DNA of 64,000 nucleotides from Amoebidium appalachense (lineage: Eukaryota > Protista > Ichthyosporea): the NCBI GenBank assembly GCA_963693365.1, contig CAVNZM010000005.1, positions 6,761,888 to 6,825,887 of the forward strand, given 5' to 3'. Positions within the stretch are counted from its first letter, which is position 1. The number at the start of each line of letters is the position of its first letter. The notes under the pieces were generated by a model. It searched no databases. It was not told the origin of the DNA and saw nothing but the letters and a program-made list of their open reading frames with translations. Shown piece by piece: positions 62,554 to 64,000 of the stretch. The position numbers were made by a program, and so were the translations under genes.

Positions 62554-62970
62554 ATGCCTCACTGCCTCGTAACAATCACCTCCACAGAGGCACACCCCAG
62601 CGCGCACACACCCACCACACACGCGTACGAAGTCGAGGGACCAGAGCCCCTTCTCCGTCACCTCATTTCCACCCTCCCACACCACCGCCTCCGCCCATCA
62701 CGCACCCACACCGACCCACATCCCCTTTTGCGCATTTTCAGCGAAAAACTCAGCGAGAGTGACGAGGTGAAACACCACCAGAGAAACCACGTCTCAGGTC
62801 ACGTGGGGCGCACACTGTTGTTGGATGCTGTGGAGGGGAAGGGATGGGAGCTTCTGGGGTATTCTAGAAGCCCAGCCGGGGAGTGTGAGAGGGAGGGGTT
62901 TGTGTTTCGGTCGCTCAGAAATGCCATGCGGAAGGGGAAGGTCAAGGAAGAGTCCCTGAAGGGTAGGTGA
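62554..62970 (+). CDS. Small intronless protein (138 aa), paralog of 61226-61654
   Basis: Start context ACCATGCC. MPHCLVTI..PTT..YEVEGP..LL..P.H.L and LLDAVEGKGW.L..Y....G....E..VF. Conservation is at the protein level despite diverged DNA. Confidence 0.75.
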   Translation: MPHCLVTITSTEAHPSAHTPTTHAYEVEGPEPLLRHLISTLPHHRLRPSRTHTDPHPLLRIFSEKLSESDEVKHHQRNHVSGHVGRTLLLDAVEGKGWELLGYSRSPAGECEREGFVFRSLRNAMRKGKVKEESLKGR

Positions 62971-63745
62971 CTGCTCTGAGAAAATATTCTTTTCACAGAC
63001 TTCGTGCTGTAATTTCTAAGCACATTTTGTGTTGTTCTTTCCTTGGCAATTTTTAAGCTTACCACAAACACATGCCTGGATTGAACACACCGAGTCTGAC
63101 ACAGCCAAGCTCCCAATGGCACATGCAAACTGTACTGAAACTCGATCCCCCCCCCCTCCCCCCCCCCCCCTCCCCCCCTCCGACATGAACACGTGTACAC
63201 GCACATACCTGCCTCGTCTCCCCCCTTCTCCCCCCTCTCCGACACACCGCCCTGCCCTAAGCACCCTCCCATACACACGGCTGTGGCCCCCCCTCCCGCA
63301 TTCTCCTCCCCCATCCCCCCCCCCCCCCCCCCCCCCCCGTCCCATCTCTCTGCCACCTATCCCCCAGGATCTCCCCCCTCTCCCCCCTCCCCCCCCCTCC
63401 CCCCCCCCCCCCCCCCTCCCCCCCCCCGCCCCCCGTCCCCCGGGGAGGCCCCCAACCCGCCGCCCATTCATGCACGTGTGTGCACATGCGGTTCACTCAA
63501 CTTTCTATTAGCCAACCGTGTTCCGTTTTCCCCTTTTTCCAATTTGTCGCAAATTATATATAACAGCATTAAGAAAATTCTGAATACCAGGTGAAGTGCT
63601 GAGTAGAATGAAGTCTCCAAATTTAGCAGGCACAAGCATTAATAGAAACGGATGATTGTGAGTTATCAAAGCGGATCGTACCGCAACTCAGGTGCATGTC
63701 ATTGAAGGGCTATTGCTTGTGTGCGGGACAGAGGTGTGTGTGTGT

Positions 63746-63780
<35 letters not shown>

Positions 63781-63843
63781 GGAGGTGTTCACAACTATAA
63801 ACGGTGGGTGTGTGTCTCACATTGGGTTGGTGGGTGGTGGGTG

Positions 63844-63910
<67 letters not shown>

Positions 63911-64000
63911 CATGTGTGTATATGTGCGTGCGCTGATGGTGTTGTGCATGTATATGTTGTGTGTGTGTGCGTGTGTGGGTGTGTGTGTGTGTGTGTGTTG

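Overview
Eukaryotic, intron-rich DNA full of poly(G)/poly(C) runs and (CA)n/(GT)n/(AG)n microsatellites. Most ORF-track entries are low-complexity artefacts. The gene set looks opisthokont, possibly a unicellular holozoan (inference only). Gene models spliced by hand: cytoplasmic asparaginyl-tRNA synthetase (+, 745-9350, 12 exons); a membrane-anchored ATF6-like bZIP factor (-); an intronless AT-rich 603-aa ORF with an OTU-like Cys/His signature (-); BRF1/TFIIIB (+, 24055-36151); a frameshifted GNAT exon; a NEO1/ATP9-type P4-ATPase (-, 40790-58510, 13 exons); and two small divergently transcribed paralogs. The most striking non-coding signal is a repeat family inserted at poly(C) tracts, in sense orientation wherever the host strand is known. 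It lies next to a Penelope-like (Naiad/Chlamys-type) RT remnant. Its three complete copies show compensatory base changes and carry all hammerhead-ribozyme core motifs (CUGANGA, GAAA, NUH), but in a non-canonical, pseudoknotted strand order. A second theme is introns built from tandem or degenerate 'echoes' of their own splice junctions. All alignments and pairings were made by eye; no database searches were run.
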